Shown here in pieces: positions 12,594 to 24,639 of a DNA stretch of 64,000 nt; within the stretch, counting starts at the first letter, position 1; the number at the start of each line of letters is the position of its first letter. The position numbers and the translations under genes were made by a program. The notes under the pieces were generated by a model. The model saw only the letters and a list, made by a program, of their open reading frames with translations. It was not told where the DNA came from and did no database searches. The stretch is from Coniocarpon cinnabarinum (lineage: Eukaryota): NCBI GenBank assembly GCA_051942205.1, contig JAVECO010000082.1:1-64000 (forward strand), read 5' to 3'.

Positions 12594-14120
12594 ATGCCAG
12601 TCCACGACACAGAACCCTGCAGTTGCACCTGCCGCGTCTTCCCCTGTCCCATCACCTGTCCCTGCGGACAGTGCACCCAACTCTGGAACGCCGCCCGCGG
12701 TCTAACAGAACCGCACCCCCACCCCGATGGATTGCATTCGCATCCCGTCAACCCGACGGAGCAACTACCCGCTTATTCAGCGACGAATCCGCATTTTAAT
12801 GTCGTTGCGCCGTTTTCCTCTGGACGGGATCGGGATTTGGAGGCGGAGACTGCGAGGTTTGATCGGTCGAAGCGGGGACCGACGGTGACGGCGGCGGCGA
12901 CGGCGACGACGGCGACTTCGTCAGGTGGTCAGAATGGGGAGGGTGATGGTGGGAATCGAGCTCGAAGTCGCTCTCGTACTGGACCTGCGCGGGAGCCTTC
13001 TTCGACTCGGGGGACGAGTCGACGGGGGTTTTCGCTGAGACGAGCTCAGGGAGAAGATGTTGATTTGGAATCGGAGAAGCGGCGGTTTGAGCGGTCGCGG
13101 TCGCAGGCTCGGTCGGCGGCACCGTCGACGCCGCGGACGAGCGGACGGTTCGACCGTGCTGAACCGCAGGGAGATAACTCACATGCGCAGTCAGCAGCAC
13201 CGCCAACGCCGCGGATGAGCGCACATTTCATTCATGCTCAACCTGAAGGAGACAACTCACACGCGCGATCGACAGCACCGCCCACGCCGCGAACAAGCCG
13301 ACAACCCAGCCATGCTGAACAGGGAGAAGAGAACCTATCTGCTCCTAATCGACGTTCGACCCGTAAACTGACTCGACACCACTCACGAACACGAGACCAA
13401 GATCTCGAAGCCGAAAAACAGAAGTTCCAGCGTGGTCGCTCGCGCGCGCGTTCATCAGCGACGCAACAACTGGCCAATGCTCCGAGTCGCGTCGAAGAAT
13501 CGCCGCATGTTCAATTCGGCGGCGCTCAGAACGTCGTGTCTGAGGTTCCACACGGTGGGATACTGGCGCGTCGACGGAGTGTGTCGCGTTCTCGGGGGGA
13601 GAATGCGGGAGTGGATCGGCCGCGGGGACGTTCGCGGACGCGGGGTGGAGACGGGGAGAGATTCGAGTCTTCGCATCGGATGCGGTCTTTGACTCGGAAG
13701 GCGGAGGGGTTCCAGCCGCCGGCGTTGAAGAGGGAGGATGCGACGGTTGGGCAATCGACTCGTCGCGCGCCGTCGACCCACCGTCGTGATACTAATTCGT
13801 CAAACCATGGAGCAACCGGACATGCTTCCTCGAGTGCTACCAAGCAGCCCCGTCGAGAGGCCTCAATGACGCGACTCACCACGCACCATCAGCTTGGCCG
13901 CAACGACAAGTCTTACGCGAGTCTAAGCACGCAGACGTCTTCGAAGTTTGGATCACCGCTTGAGCGCGTGGACGCGCGCTCTGAGGGTGTGAGACCGGGT
14001 GATGTGGATAACGGCTTTGTGACGCGGGTGGGGGCTATGGACATTGAGGGGGGAAAGCAGAAGGCGCGTCATGGGAGTGTGCTGAGTGGTCTGAACTGGA
14101 AGCGACAATTGCGAGGATGA
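12594..14120 (+). CDS. Orphan 508-aa Arg/Ser-rich disordered protein with Cys-rich N-terminus and internal repeats
   Basis: Long intronless ORF, AAAAATG start context, CA-rich leader, three 26-aa tandem repeats. Confidence 0.7.
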   Translation: MPVHDTEPCSCTCRVFPCPITCPCGQCTQLWNAARGLTEPHPHPDGLHSHPVNPTEQLPAYSATNPHFNVVAPFSSGRDRDLEAETARFDRSKRGPTVTAAATATTATSSGGQNGEGDGGNRARSRSRTGPAREPSSTRGTSRRGFSLRRAQGEDVDLESEKRRFERSRSQARSAAPSTPRTSGRFDRAEPQGDNSHAQSAAPPTPRMSAHFIHAQPEGDNSHARSTAPPTPRTSRQPSHAEQGEENLSAPNRRSTRKLTRHHSRTRDQDLEAEKQKFQRGRSRARSSATQQLANAPSRVEESPHVQFGGAQNVVSEVPHGGILARRRSVSRSRGENAGVDRPRGRSRTRGGDGERFESSHRMRSLTRKAEGFQPPALKREDATVGQSTRRAPSTHRRDTNSSNHGATGHASSSATKQPRREASMTRLTTHHQLGRNDKSYASLSTQTSSKFGSPLERVDARSEGVRPGDVDNGFVTRVGAMDIEGGKQKARHGSVLSGLNWKRQLRG

Positions 14121-15335
14121 TGAATGAGGTGACTTGGATGCTTCAGAGTCATGGTGGGTGGTGAAACTCGGGATCTGTTGTGGAATCTGTTCTATGGCTG
14201 GTCATCTGGATGGATAGGTAGAACATAGATAGTGAACGAAAGGGAGTGTAAGATAATTCTTTGTGCTTCGATCTATCGTCGCATTTGATTATGCTCGCGA
14301 ACAGTCGCCATTCGCGTTAGTCGGTCGGACCCGTTTTTGGTCTTCCTGTTTTGATGCACATATCCTTTGAGGATTGAAGCAAAGTTGACTCGATGTTGAT
14401 CTGCTATTGGAATGGTGCTTTTTTGTATATTGCAGCCTTGATAACAAGGCTCCAAGAAAATCCGTACCTAGTTGCCACGCAGCATGATATGTCTTATTTC
14501 CTTGACAATGAAGCTTCATTTATCACATTTACGATTACTCGTCTTCTCTCAAGGACACAGTGCGTTGAGCTGCTGAGTCGTCATTTGTGCAGTCTGAAGC
14601 ACGTCTCGTGGACAGTGCCCTCCTGACTTCTCCTTGTCCTTCCATCTCCTCATCCTTGAAGCCAGAAGCCACGTCGCTGTGCGCGTCTCCGGTCCCAAAC
14701 GATTTGACATAGAGCTAGTCTCGTCGAAACGGCAAACGGGTAGTGCAAACCGTGCAGTGGCGCTCCATCGCTGTGACTCGTCAGTAAGCGCGTCCAGGCG
14801 TTAGCCTTAGTTGTCACAAAGGAGATGGTATTTGCAAAACGTGGCGTGTCTGGCCTCTGTTTGCAGGCGCCTACAAGCGAGCGGTGAAACACTACGCTTT
14901 CTGCGCGACGGAGCAGCCTGGTGGCGAACAATGATGACAAACACGATAACGAGGATATGATAGAAAACATTAAGGGGCTGTTCGTGTGCGTGTCCTGACA
15001 GCAAAACGTATCTGGCAAACAATGCAGGGCTACTTGGAAGCCTCGTTGCCATCGAGTACCATACATAAGCTCAGTCCAGGTTTGTGACTTGCACTCAATA
15101 CTTTTGATCTGCAGGTATTTTCAAGCTGCATTTGGCCAGCCTTTTGTTATTCAATTGCGTTAGTCTAGCACTATGCGATCAGCTCGAGTATTCAGCAACC
15201 ACGTTCACCCGTTCTCTGAAAGCAGCGCTGGTCAGCTGCACTCGCCCCCATTAGCATCATTCGACAATCCGCCGAGTGAAGAAGTTGGGATTAATAACCC
15301 GTCCTATTCACCGCCCTTAGCTTACACACTACAAA

Positions 15336-15881
15336 ATGTCGTCTCACAGCCAGAAATGCGGCAGATACTCTCTCTATCCAGCACCATACCAGCATCCACC
15401 TCGAGCATCTGCCGAGGCACTTCACAACAACTATTTCGAACCAAACGTGTTAGAGACATCCTTGAAATCATCGTCTGCTGCATCTTCGACAGCTACATTC
15501 AACTCTTACAGGACACACTCCCTACCTAGTATTCCGGAAGAGGAGGAGGCTGATCTGTATTCGCCGAAGCTCGTGGAGTCGAAAAGTGTGCACGCTGAAA
15601 CAACTCGAAAAGGTTGGCGAAGACGTCTGGAAGAGCTATGGGGAATACGACGACGTAGGGTTGAATATGTTCGGTTGGACCTCGAGACGGCGCCAGGAAG
15701 TGGGACTGGTCGAAGCGTCGTCACCTGTGGCCAGGCACTTAAGGGGTCACGGAAACCGAAGCAGAGTAACTGTTGGTCATTCAGGAAACGCAAGACTCGG
15801 GAGGCGGACGATGTAGAAAATGGCATGAGACATGTGCAGTCTGAGAAGGTCGTGGAACATGTGGAAAAATCAACGGAATAG
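15336..15881 (+). CDS. Hypothetical 181-aa protein
   Basis: CAAAATG start context; protein-like SLPSIPEEEE segment; no family recognised. Confidence 0.5.
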   Translation: MSSHSQKCGRYSLYPAPYQHPPRASAEALHNNYFEPNVLETSLKSSSAASSTATFNSYRTHSLPSIPEEEEADLYSPKLVESKSVHAETTRKGWRRRLEELWGIRRRRVEYVRLDLETAPGSGTGRSVVTCGQALKGSRKPKQSNCWSFRKRKTREADDVENGMRHVQSEKVVEHVEKSTE

Positions 15882-16504
15882 GTGTGCACGTGTCAGGGGG
15901 AAGATGTGATAGATCCTATGATGTTATGCTCCCCAGAAGGTGAGAAGTCTTGCAATTCCTAGCCCTTGTCATGCGAAGTACGCGCGCAAGAATATGAATT
16001 ACTCAAATGTCCACTTGTGATGGCGAACAGTGCTGGTCATCACCGGAGTTACTAAATACGAATGTGGAAGCGCCTAGCCCTCGCATAGAGGCTGAGACCC
16101 TTTTACTCTAGCATTAACGTCTCTCACAATATACCTTACGTGCGAATGTCCCGATATCGAGTTTGGCTGGTTCCATTATTCAGCTTACGCGGCAGCTTGG
16201 CATTCGTGCACAGTGTGCATTTGTCTCAATAAAGAACATCAACTTCGGAATACTAAGGCTTCAGCGGCCCACGACGGGGGTCAGGCTATACGACTCGCCT
16301 CCTATAAGCTTTCAGAGCCACCTTTCATTATTGCCTCGGTTGCGTACCCTCATTGACAAAAGTACATCTGGTTCCACAACTTAAGTGATGTTATCTACAA
16401 GCAATCTTCTGATGGCCACTGTGCGCAAAACATCAAGATACAGTACGTGATTCAGCCACGCGAGAACTCTCTTACGCACTGTCTACCAACCGCTCAAAAC
16501 CTGA

Positions 16505-16933
16505 ATGAGCACGCTCAGTCATCGTCAAACGTTCATTTCCCAAATATTCCCAGCGAGCACCGCCATTATGAGTCGACTGCATTCGAAGCCTTTGAAGAAC
16601 CGTATGATAAAGCTTCTGGAAAAGCTTCACCTAAGGTCTCCGCCTCCTCTGCCTCGGCGATGGACTACCCACTCCCGTATCAGCACTTCAACAGAGAAAG
16701 TGTCGCATGAGAAGTGCCGTGCTTCGAAGTGGCGTTTCGTAGAGGAGATCGACCCTAACCAGCCTCCCACCAAACCAGAGCAGTGCGTGTTCATCCGAGA
16801 ACAATATATATTCTCGAAGCCGCCTTCTGACACCAAAGTCTGCGACTTTGCCTATGCACCACATGCTTCGAGCTTGAGGAACAGGAGACCCAAGCGGTCG
16901 CATCGTTGGTGTATAGGGCTGAAGCATACTTGA
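16505..16933 (+). CDS. Hypothetical basic protein (~120-142 aa)
   Basis: ATG-initiated ORF containing WRFVEE and VCDFAY; no family recognised. Confidence 0.35.
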   Translation: MSTLSHRQTFISQIFPASTAIMSRLHSKPLKNRMIKLLEKLHLRSPPPLPRRWTTHSRISTSTEKVSHEKCRASKWRFVEEIDPNQPPTKPEQCVFIREQYIFSKPPSDTKVCDFAYAPHASSLRNRRPKRSHRWCIGLKHT

Positions 16934-17352
16934 GGCGTAGTTACCGCAGCCCATCTATAGTAGTATTCTGGATATGACATAGACCAACGGAGCTTACCCG
17001 GATCTGTTTGATTGCAGCCCGGCGAGCGTGGAATTCTCTGCAAGATACCAAGAAACCAAGTTTGTTCATCCAGACCGCCTTTGCACAACGACGCCTTGGT
17101 GACACAATTTATGACGGACAGTGTTGTTTGCCCTGTGCCAACGTAGAGGCGCCGCTTGAACGCCTTTTGCATCTCACCATATCGTCATCCTCATTTTGCT
17201 TATAATGGCACTTCGACATTGCATCAGCAAACCTCATTAGACTCGACAACTTCAGTCTATCAACCATCGCACACCAGAATCACACTCACAACAACTCGAT
17301 CCTAAGCGCGTTAATCGAGTACCCAACAACTCACACAGTCTCGAATCAAATC

Positions 17353-17640
17353 ATGGGTCTTTCCAATCTCGGCCAGACAATCTCGAAGATCACCAAAAAG
17401 AAGGATAAGAACAAGTCTAAGGCTCAGAAGTCAGACTCATCCATTTCTCGAGGGCCGTCTACCCACCACCAGCAACACTCGGGCCCCTCGTTCTCGGCCA
17501 CCAAGGGGAACGGGGACTGGGGAGATACACTTGAAGCTTCTCGTCGGATGCATGAGGGTACCAGCGCCAGTGTCCGTGATTTTGCTGCCCCATCTCGCGA
17601 TTCTGGAAAGGACAACAAGGACGAAAAGAAGGAGCATTAG
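17353..17640 (+). CDS. Hypothetical small hydrophilic protein, 95 aa
   Basis: CA-rich leader, AAATCATGG start context, Lys-rich N-terminus, VRDFAAP motif. Confidence 0.6.
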   Translation: MGLSNLGQTISKITKKKDKNKSKAQKSDSSISRGPSTHHQQHSGPSFSATKGNGDWGDTLEASRRMHEGTSASVRDFAAPSRDSGKDNKDEKKEH

Positions 17641-18347
17641 TCGCCATTACCAGCAGTGGATTTGTGAGGAGGCGTGATCAGCGTCATTAAACTTTGACTG
17701 ATGTTGCGGTTGCTGTCAGAGCCGAGACGTCGAGTCCATGCATCCGTCGTCGTCCTCGAGAATGGAAATCTCAAGTTTCTGGTTTACAGCGAACTTCACA
17801 ACCTACCTATGTTCTCGATCACTTTCTTCCCCACAGCAGAGGACGGCGAGGCACGAATTGGACCAGCCGTCGAAACATAGGGACAACGGAATGGTATGGT
17901 AAGGCCACGTCGTAGCTCTCAATGTAGGTATTCAGCCGCTTGCAATACAATCAGTCAGTAATACAGACCAGTACAACTCCATCCGCAGTAGTATTCCTTA
18001 TTCGAGTTTCTTCACTGTCTGTCTCCATAAGTGTCTCCACTATACATTAACAAGGACGTACAATGTCTGCAAATTACCTGCACAGTACCTCTGCCCAACG
18101 CTATCCGCCCTCCCTCGAGTCCACAGTGGCTTCGCCAACCACATATAACTTCCGCCTTCTGCTCGAAGTCCAACTGTTCACCACCCCGACATCCTCTACT
18201 TGACTTGTCAGAAGATTCAACAGAACAACCAACTTCCCAATCTTCTACAAGCTCACCTACAAACCAACAGCTCTCTCAACAGCTTATCTTGCTCCAACCA
18301 ACGTCCAACTCAGAACAGCTACACAACTGATCTCTCAGACCGACACA

Positions 18348-19139
18348 ATGTCTTACTACACGTGCTACCCCGTTCCACCCCAACCATCCTGCGCCAACTG
18401 CGCCCACCGCTGCACCTGCGGCACCAACCGCACCATCAATGCCGACAGCCTCAACGTAACCTACAACGTCGTCAACAACTTCACCAGCGCCGACGGCAGC
18501 ACCCGCAGCACGCGCACCGCCTCCTCCCGCGCGCTCCAAGGCCCCTCGGCCTTCGCCTCCCGCCAGTCCTCCTCCTACGCCGCGACCTCCTACACCGGCC
18601 AGCCAAAGTACAACCTCTCGTACCGCGCCCCGATCGGGGAACCGACCCGCGGCCGCTCCTCGTCCCGCGCTGGGCGCTCCGAAGCTGGTCCCTCTGCTCC
18701 TCGCGGTAGGAGCATGTCCCGCAGCCGCTCCATCATGCCTGGAGACGCGGAGACCTCCCGCGGTAGAAGCATGTCTCGCGGTCGGAGCATGTCGCGCGGT
18801 CCTTCTTACGCGGGTGCCAGCACCTCACGCACGCGCTCGACGTCGCGCGCTCGCTCCAGCAGCCGTCCCCGCGGCCGCTCGACTTCACGCGTACGCTCGC
18901 AGACGTCGACACAGCTCGCTCTTCCGCCGCCTTCGTCCCGTCAGCGCTCCGCTGCGTACCGCACTGATAGTTTGAAGGGGAGTTCGCGCGCGCCGCCTTC
19001 TTCTGGTCGGAGCTCCTTCCGTACGGCGCCGAGCAAGCGGAATCCGCTTGGTCGTGCGCGCAGCTCGTCTCGGTCGCGGGCGTCGCGCGCTAGCACGGTT
19101 CGTCCTGGGGACTCGGCGAGTCAATTTTCGCGGTGGTAG
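18348..19139 (+). CDS. Orphan 263-aa Ser/Arg-rich protein with N-terminal Cys cluster
   Basis: Strong C-ending codon bias, CACAATG start context, RGRSMSR repeats, C-terminal VRPGDSASQ. Confidence 0.75.
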   Translation: MSYYTCYPVPPQPSCANCAHRCTCGTNRTINADSLNVTYNVVNNFTSADGSTRSTRTASSRALQGPSAFASRQSSSYAATSYTGQPKYNLSYRAPIGEPTRGRSSSRAGRSEAGPSAPRGRSMSRSRSIMPGDAETSRGRSMSRGRSMSRGPSYAGASTSRTRSTSRARSSSRPRGRSTSRVRSQTSTQLALPPPSSRQRSAAYRTDSLKGSSRAPPSSGRSSFRTAPSKRNPLGRARSSSRSRASRASTVRPGDSASQFSRW

Positions 19140-20235
19140 GTGCGATGTTTGCGCGAGACGGGTGAGAGAATGATGGAGTCATGGTGAGGATGACAGTGAG
19201 AGTAGAAATGTGATGACAGATATTGAAAGAGGGAATGTGATGGCAAATTGCAAATACGGTGGACATGAAAGACAGGACTAGTTACTTAGAAGGTGGTGAG
19301 AAGATCGAGGTCAGTAGTCAATTGCACGGTATTCGGTCATGTATGAATTAGTGGCAAGAGATTGTTTACAGCGCAACTGCAATGTGACCTCTAGTTTGTA
19401 GACATAGACGAGAATGCGCACTCACCTCAAAAACACTGCAAAGGTCACAGCAGCTTACCATGCATGTCTCAGCCCAGTCCCTGGTCTTCTCCACAATGCT
19501 TGACCCGAGAGAGAACTCCATCCGAACGTCCCGTCTCTGCTTCCCAAGCATGAATCATTTGACGACGAGGTCAAACAACTGCCAAGATCGCGGTATGCAA
19601 AAAAAATAGACTTCGCCTTGTGCTCAACTTGTATGCCGTTTCGCCAGAAACTTGCTTTTCCCGGTAGAAGCTGTCTCAGAAAAGTTTTTTTTCCCTCTCT
19701 CTCTGCAGCTGCTGATCCCGTTTGTCCACGTGGTCGGTCAGCCTCACCGGCCGATGACGGGCAAATCGTCATGCAGCAGCGTCGCTTATCATTATCATGA
19801 CGATAAACCAATGATATTGCCATCGGAGAAAAAACGCCTTGCGCCATCTGCCGCGCGAGCTTCCGCCTTGCGGGGATATTTGAAACACTTTCCAAGGAAC
19901 AACCAAGGCAACGACAACGCTTCATAGATGAGGCATTTACGGGCAATCTCAAGGAGTAAACACAGATAGTCATGATCCGGTACAATCTAGATCCTGGCAA
20001 GTGTTAGTCAGCAGAATTCTTTCCCAGTCAGTGTTACGCTACAATTTCACAGCACTAATCGTTGTGAAATAAAACGAACTTTCTAGTCGTTCCGATGCAT
20101 GCGAGAACTTTTCAACGAGATAGTATTGAATCAGTCAAGTACATTGTGAATCCAACGAACGCCTTCGCAATTTTGGCCGAAGTTGATTGCCGCGAACTTG
20201 TGATCGTCATTCTGGCGGTCACCGTTTTACCGTTT

Positions 20236-21469
20236 TCAAGCACAACGCCCAGCCCCATGTCGATGTGTTGTAAGAGCGTAATTGCAGCGGCCTGACAGAC
20301 AATTCCGGCAGTCGCCTGTGGGTCTTCGGCCCGAATGTCCTCTGGCCTCCCCCTTTGTCTCGCTAAGGTGGATCTCATTTGCAGGAGTTTTGCTGGAATC
20401 TGATGTGGCAATCTCTGTCATGCTGGTAGAAGTCTCTTTGGCGAAGTGGCTGTTCATAGAAATCTTCTTCGGAGGTGATCCAGGACTCGTTCCCTCACTC
20501 ATAGACACGAGGCTCGAGGCGACGTCAGTATTTTCGGAACCACGCGAGGTCTGCCGAGCATCTGGTGAAAGCGAGACTGTGCCAGCGACATGATCGTGTT
20601 TGTGCAGCTCACTTCCATTGTCACAAAATGCCATCAGACAGTGACTACACATTCTATTCCGTCCGTGATCACGTTCACTTTGATCAGAAATTTCGAGAGA
20701 AGGTGTATTGTCGTCCTCACCATGACTCGTAAACATCCAACATGCCTCGACTCTGCGTCCTTCAGGAATGTTGTATGGATGAATCATAACGTTTGACCGA
20801 TTAATTGTAGTTTCGAGGCAATAGTACGGATCAAAATTCTCGGTGATCTGGATACCGAATAGATCTTCAAAGCCAAGACGATGTAACAATTGGCTCAACT
20901 CCGCAAAAAACTGTGATTCCTTTTCGCACAGCGTCGCGTCACACGGCGTGGGTGAGTACGCAAATTCGAACGGAACTGCTTTGGCACCAGTAAATCTATA
21001 GCTGATGGGCGTGACAAATCCAGCGCCATGGCTGTTGGGTCGGTTATCAGCGTATCGTACCAGAGGCTAGGAACGGAACTCAGCATCACTCACGGTATGG
21101 CCGTTGTGTAATCTTGAGTTAGACCGATTTCCCACGGTGCAGTTACGAACCCATGTTCAACCAAACGTTCATGGGGCTGTGATCGTTCTTGTTAGCATGA
21201 TACATACGCAAGTGTCTGCAGAGACAACGACTGCTTACCCTTATGTCAAAGTGACGATGTAACAGGCTCAACCCATATTTCTTCTCTGTCCCGTGCTTCA
21301 GGAATACCGGTCGTATGATTCCATGGATAGTTTCTTTGATGGGCTCTGTGATGCGTTCTGCTGCTGTAGCGAGAAAGGGAAGGTTTTGGTACACTTGATG
21401 TAAAGTCAATTCCGGGGGATCGCTCCCTTTCGTGATCGTATCTTGCTTCTCAACAGATTCGAGAGACAT
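20236..21469 (-). CDS. Uncharacterised fungal 'LLHRHFD' family protein, 3 exons, with duplicated C-terminal Cys/His motif
   Basis: Manual splicing (GTAAGC..CTAAC..CAG; GTGAGT..CTGAT..CAG) gives a continuous frame FLKHG..YGLSLLHRHFDIRPHERLVEHGFVTAPW..VPFEFAY..FFAELSQLL. Confidence 0.75.
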
Positions 21470-24400
21470 GTTGCTACACGCAGCGAGCTTTGGAAAAGGA
21501 GCCTCAGCAAGATTCCTAATTCGCTTGAGTTGATTATGGTGGTAGTTCCACGACCGTTGATTACTGCAGTGAGTGCTCGTGTGCTCGTGTTTTGCCCAGG
21601 TCAGCAAAGCTGTGAATGTAAAGGAAGAAAACAGCGCTTGGAAAATAGACACAAGATTTATAGCCTCGAGACAGCATCCAGGCAGCTTGGGAGTGCGCCT
21701 AGGCACATCGAAGTGATGCCTTGGTAGATCGGAATGATGGTTGCGCAAACGGCACGAGACTGGATATCTAGACTCCATTCGACAGGTGATATGATCTCCG
21801 GGGATAAACGACAGCATGATGTTCAAGAGTAACTCTTTAACAGTGCAAGCCGTAGCGATAATATCAAGTTTCGTCCTTCTTGACATGCAGCCTCGTTAAG
21901 AGGCTGCGCGGAAAGGACTTTGCTGTCATTCATCATTCTGTCGGTCAGATGATGCGGATCGACAAGTTCTCGTGTGCGTTTCGCCCAATCCGGGTGCAGC
22001 AAAAGTGGATAAAGGAATTGAGCCGCGCCAGTGGATTCACCAGAGAGGTGGTCGTGGACCAGTAATCGAAGTAGGACTCATGTCAAACGCGGAACGCCAA
22101 TACCAGGTATCTGTAAATTTTCGCAAATCCCGAGCTCCGGCTGGACCTGGCCCAGCTTCGGTGAAGACGAATAACATCGCCGCGTGCAAAGAACCACCCA
22201 CATGTATCATTTTTGAGCAACAGGATCAGCATGCAACATGGAAAAGGCGGTCAGCGCTAAGATCGGGGGGCGACCGTGATCTGTGCCTATCCGCATTCAG
22301 GCATGTCAAACCACAGTTGCATAGGGAGTCCATCTATGCGTACTTTGCTCTGCGCTTGAAAGGACCTGGAGAAGCTAAGGCTCGGAAATGCTGCGAGTAT
22401 TGGTGGGCTGTCAAGGTATTTCGATCAGCCGCGACCTCTTCCGTCAGGCTCGCCGGAGAGATGGATGGTTCGGTGGAGGGCGATGCAACAAGATGTCATC
22501 ATAGGCGAAGTTGCAATCGCCAAATGAAAGTCGAACATGAGGTAGACGGAGCTGGCAAGGAGCGGTAGGAAGGTGGGGAGGCGCGAGCCGGGACCAGATG
22601 CCATGCGGCGTCTGGCTCGTTTAGTGAGATAGGTGAGCATGGTCAAGTTGCGTGCAGTACTCCGTACTGGAGCTCACTCCACAGAGTTCGCGAGTCAGGC
22701 TTCGTGGGTTTGATGGTTGCCGCGACGCAGCACCTCCTCGGGACCACTCCTGCTTGTTGGTGGCAAGGCCCTAACACGTGGCCTCGGGCGGTCTACGTAC
22801 TTCTGCGTTTGCTGGGCCTGTACATCCGGATGGAGGGCATGTTATCAGTAGCGTTGCGATCCTTGTGCATCGCACCTTCCTCAAACAGGCCTGCGATATA
22901 AATTTTAAAAAGTGGATCGCGCGAGGGCTCGAGGGAGACGTCGCCTTGCCGAGACTACACTGCTCTAGAAGCAAGGGGATATGAAGGGGTGGCCGGGATG
23001 GGTGCCGAAGCGACGGCGAGAACTACCAGGTCAGATGCTTGTGGTTGGCTGGAGCGGTGCCTCGAACCTTTGAGCCATCACTTCTCCGCGCCCGGTGTGG
23101 TGGCGCCATGAATCAGGCAAATATTTGTGGATGGCATGCGCTCCTCTCGGACCTCCAGCGGAGCAAGATTTGGCTGCGGGATGATAAGGCTGATTATGCC
23201 CAAGAACACTGTATTTCCGCCGCGGAGGCGGAAGACGTGAAGGTGTCTTTGCCAAACCTCGTGAACTTCAGCCTTTCTAGCCCTCGGTTATGCAGGTGGA
23301 AGCGTGCCCTAGATCTCCTAGGAAGAAGACAAAGGTATCATTACTTTATCAATCCGGCATTGCTTCGCCCCGAACTGGCGAACATGGAGACTGATCCGAG
23401 ACCGACTTATCGTTGGTAAACCAAGTTCGTGAGTGGCTGTTCGGTGAAGGAGGCTATGTGCTCAACGCGAGCCGCTGTGAACGTGTTGGACCAGGGCATC
23501 GAGCCCAAAACCAACGAATGTCTGCCTATTGACGCGCGTCGTCCACCTCCTCCTCCTCTACTCCACTCTTTCTAACATGTCGTTCAAAGAACGATGCCGT
23601 TGGGCGCTCGGAGGTGTCGTGCTGACAGGTACCTTGGAGTGCGACCAAGACATGGTCGGATAGGGTCGCTGGCTGTTAGGCGGGTGTATCAGGATGATCT
23701 CCAACAGACCGTTGCATGCACCTAAAATATGACGTGCAGTAATCGACGGCTGGCGAAGCGTGCCGATGAGCTTGTTCCGTTTTCCATAACGTAAGCGAGT
23801 GGCTGGCAGGATCAACGATGCCCTGTGCTATATATGGCACGTCTAGGCCAACGCTGCTTTCTGCAAGTCATGAGTGGTCGGTGTCCGTCACATGCAACTC
23901 ATTGGCGGCCTTTCTCACTCCGAGTTAGGGGTGCGCATGCCTCTGGGAGCAGCACGTGGCCGAGGGGTGTTTGCATACCTGTGCACTCCCTGCAAGCTTT
24001 GCGAAACTTAGCTACAAAACCGTGGCGCTGGGCGCGGTCTTCTTGAAAATTTCCTTCATTTGGGGGAGCTCCTCCGCGAAGAAGAACACAGTTGGGCACA
24101 CAACACAGTGCGCTGGCATTGCGAGGGTATTGATACGCAGAGTCCCCAAGTGGGGCTCATACAAGAAGCGCTCATATGTAAAGCCAACAGCTACAAGCAA
24201 GAATTAGAGGCGTCTTAAGAGTCAGCATCAAGAAACCAGGAACGTTAGGAGACGCTTGACAAACACAGTGACAAAGACCACGCAGTCAGAGCATTTTCTC
24301 CTACCTTCGCAGCCTGCAATGTGGGCGCGAACACATATTGTGACCATTTTCAAAGAAACAGCAAGCAAGTACATCGACGAAGCGCGATGGAGAACGTATG

Positions 24401-24639
24401 GAAGGCAAAGTCTCTTTCTCCTTTACTTGAATGTATCTGATGTATCTGAATACTTGTCGTATGGGTACTACTCGTGAGCGTGCTGACAGAGGATATTAGC
24501 GCATTTGCACATCAGTAAAATTGCTCAGGATCTTTCAAGCTTACCATGCGTCCATGTATATGATGCTGGCTGTTAAGTAAAATATCGCCAAACCACGCTC
24601 GGACGTCTTGACTACAGAGGTCAATGACAGTGCCGCTGG

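Noticed and set aside
13107..13340. Repeat protein as a fungal RiPP (dikaritin/KEP) precursor
   Set aside because: No signal peptide, no regular KR Kex2 sites between repeats and no DUF3328 gene recognised in the window.
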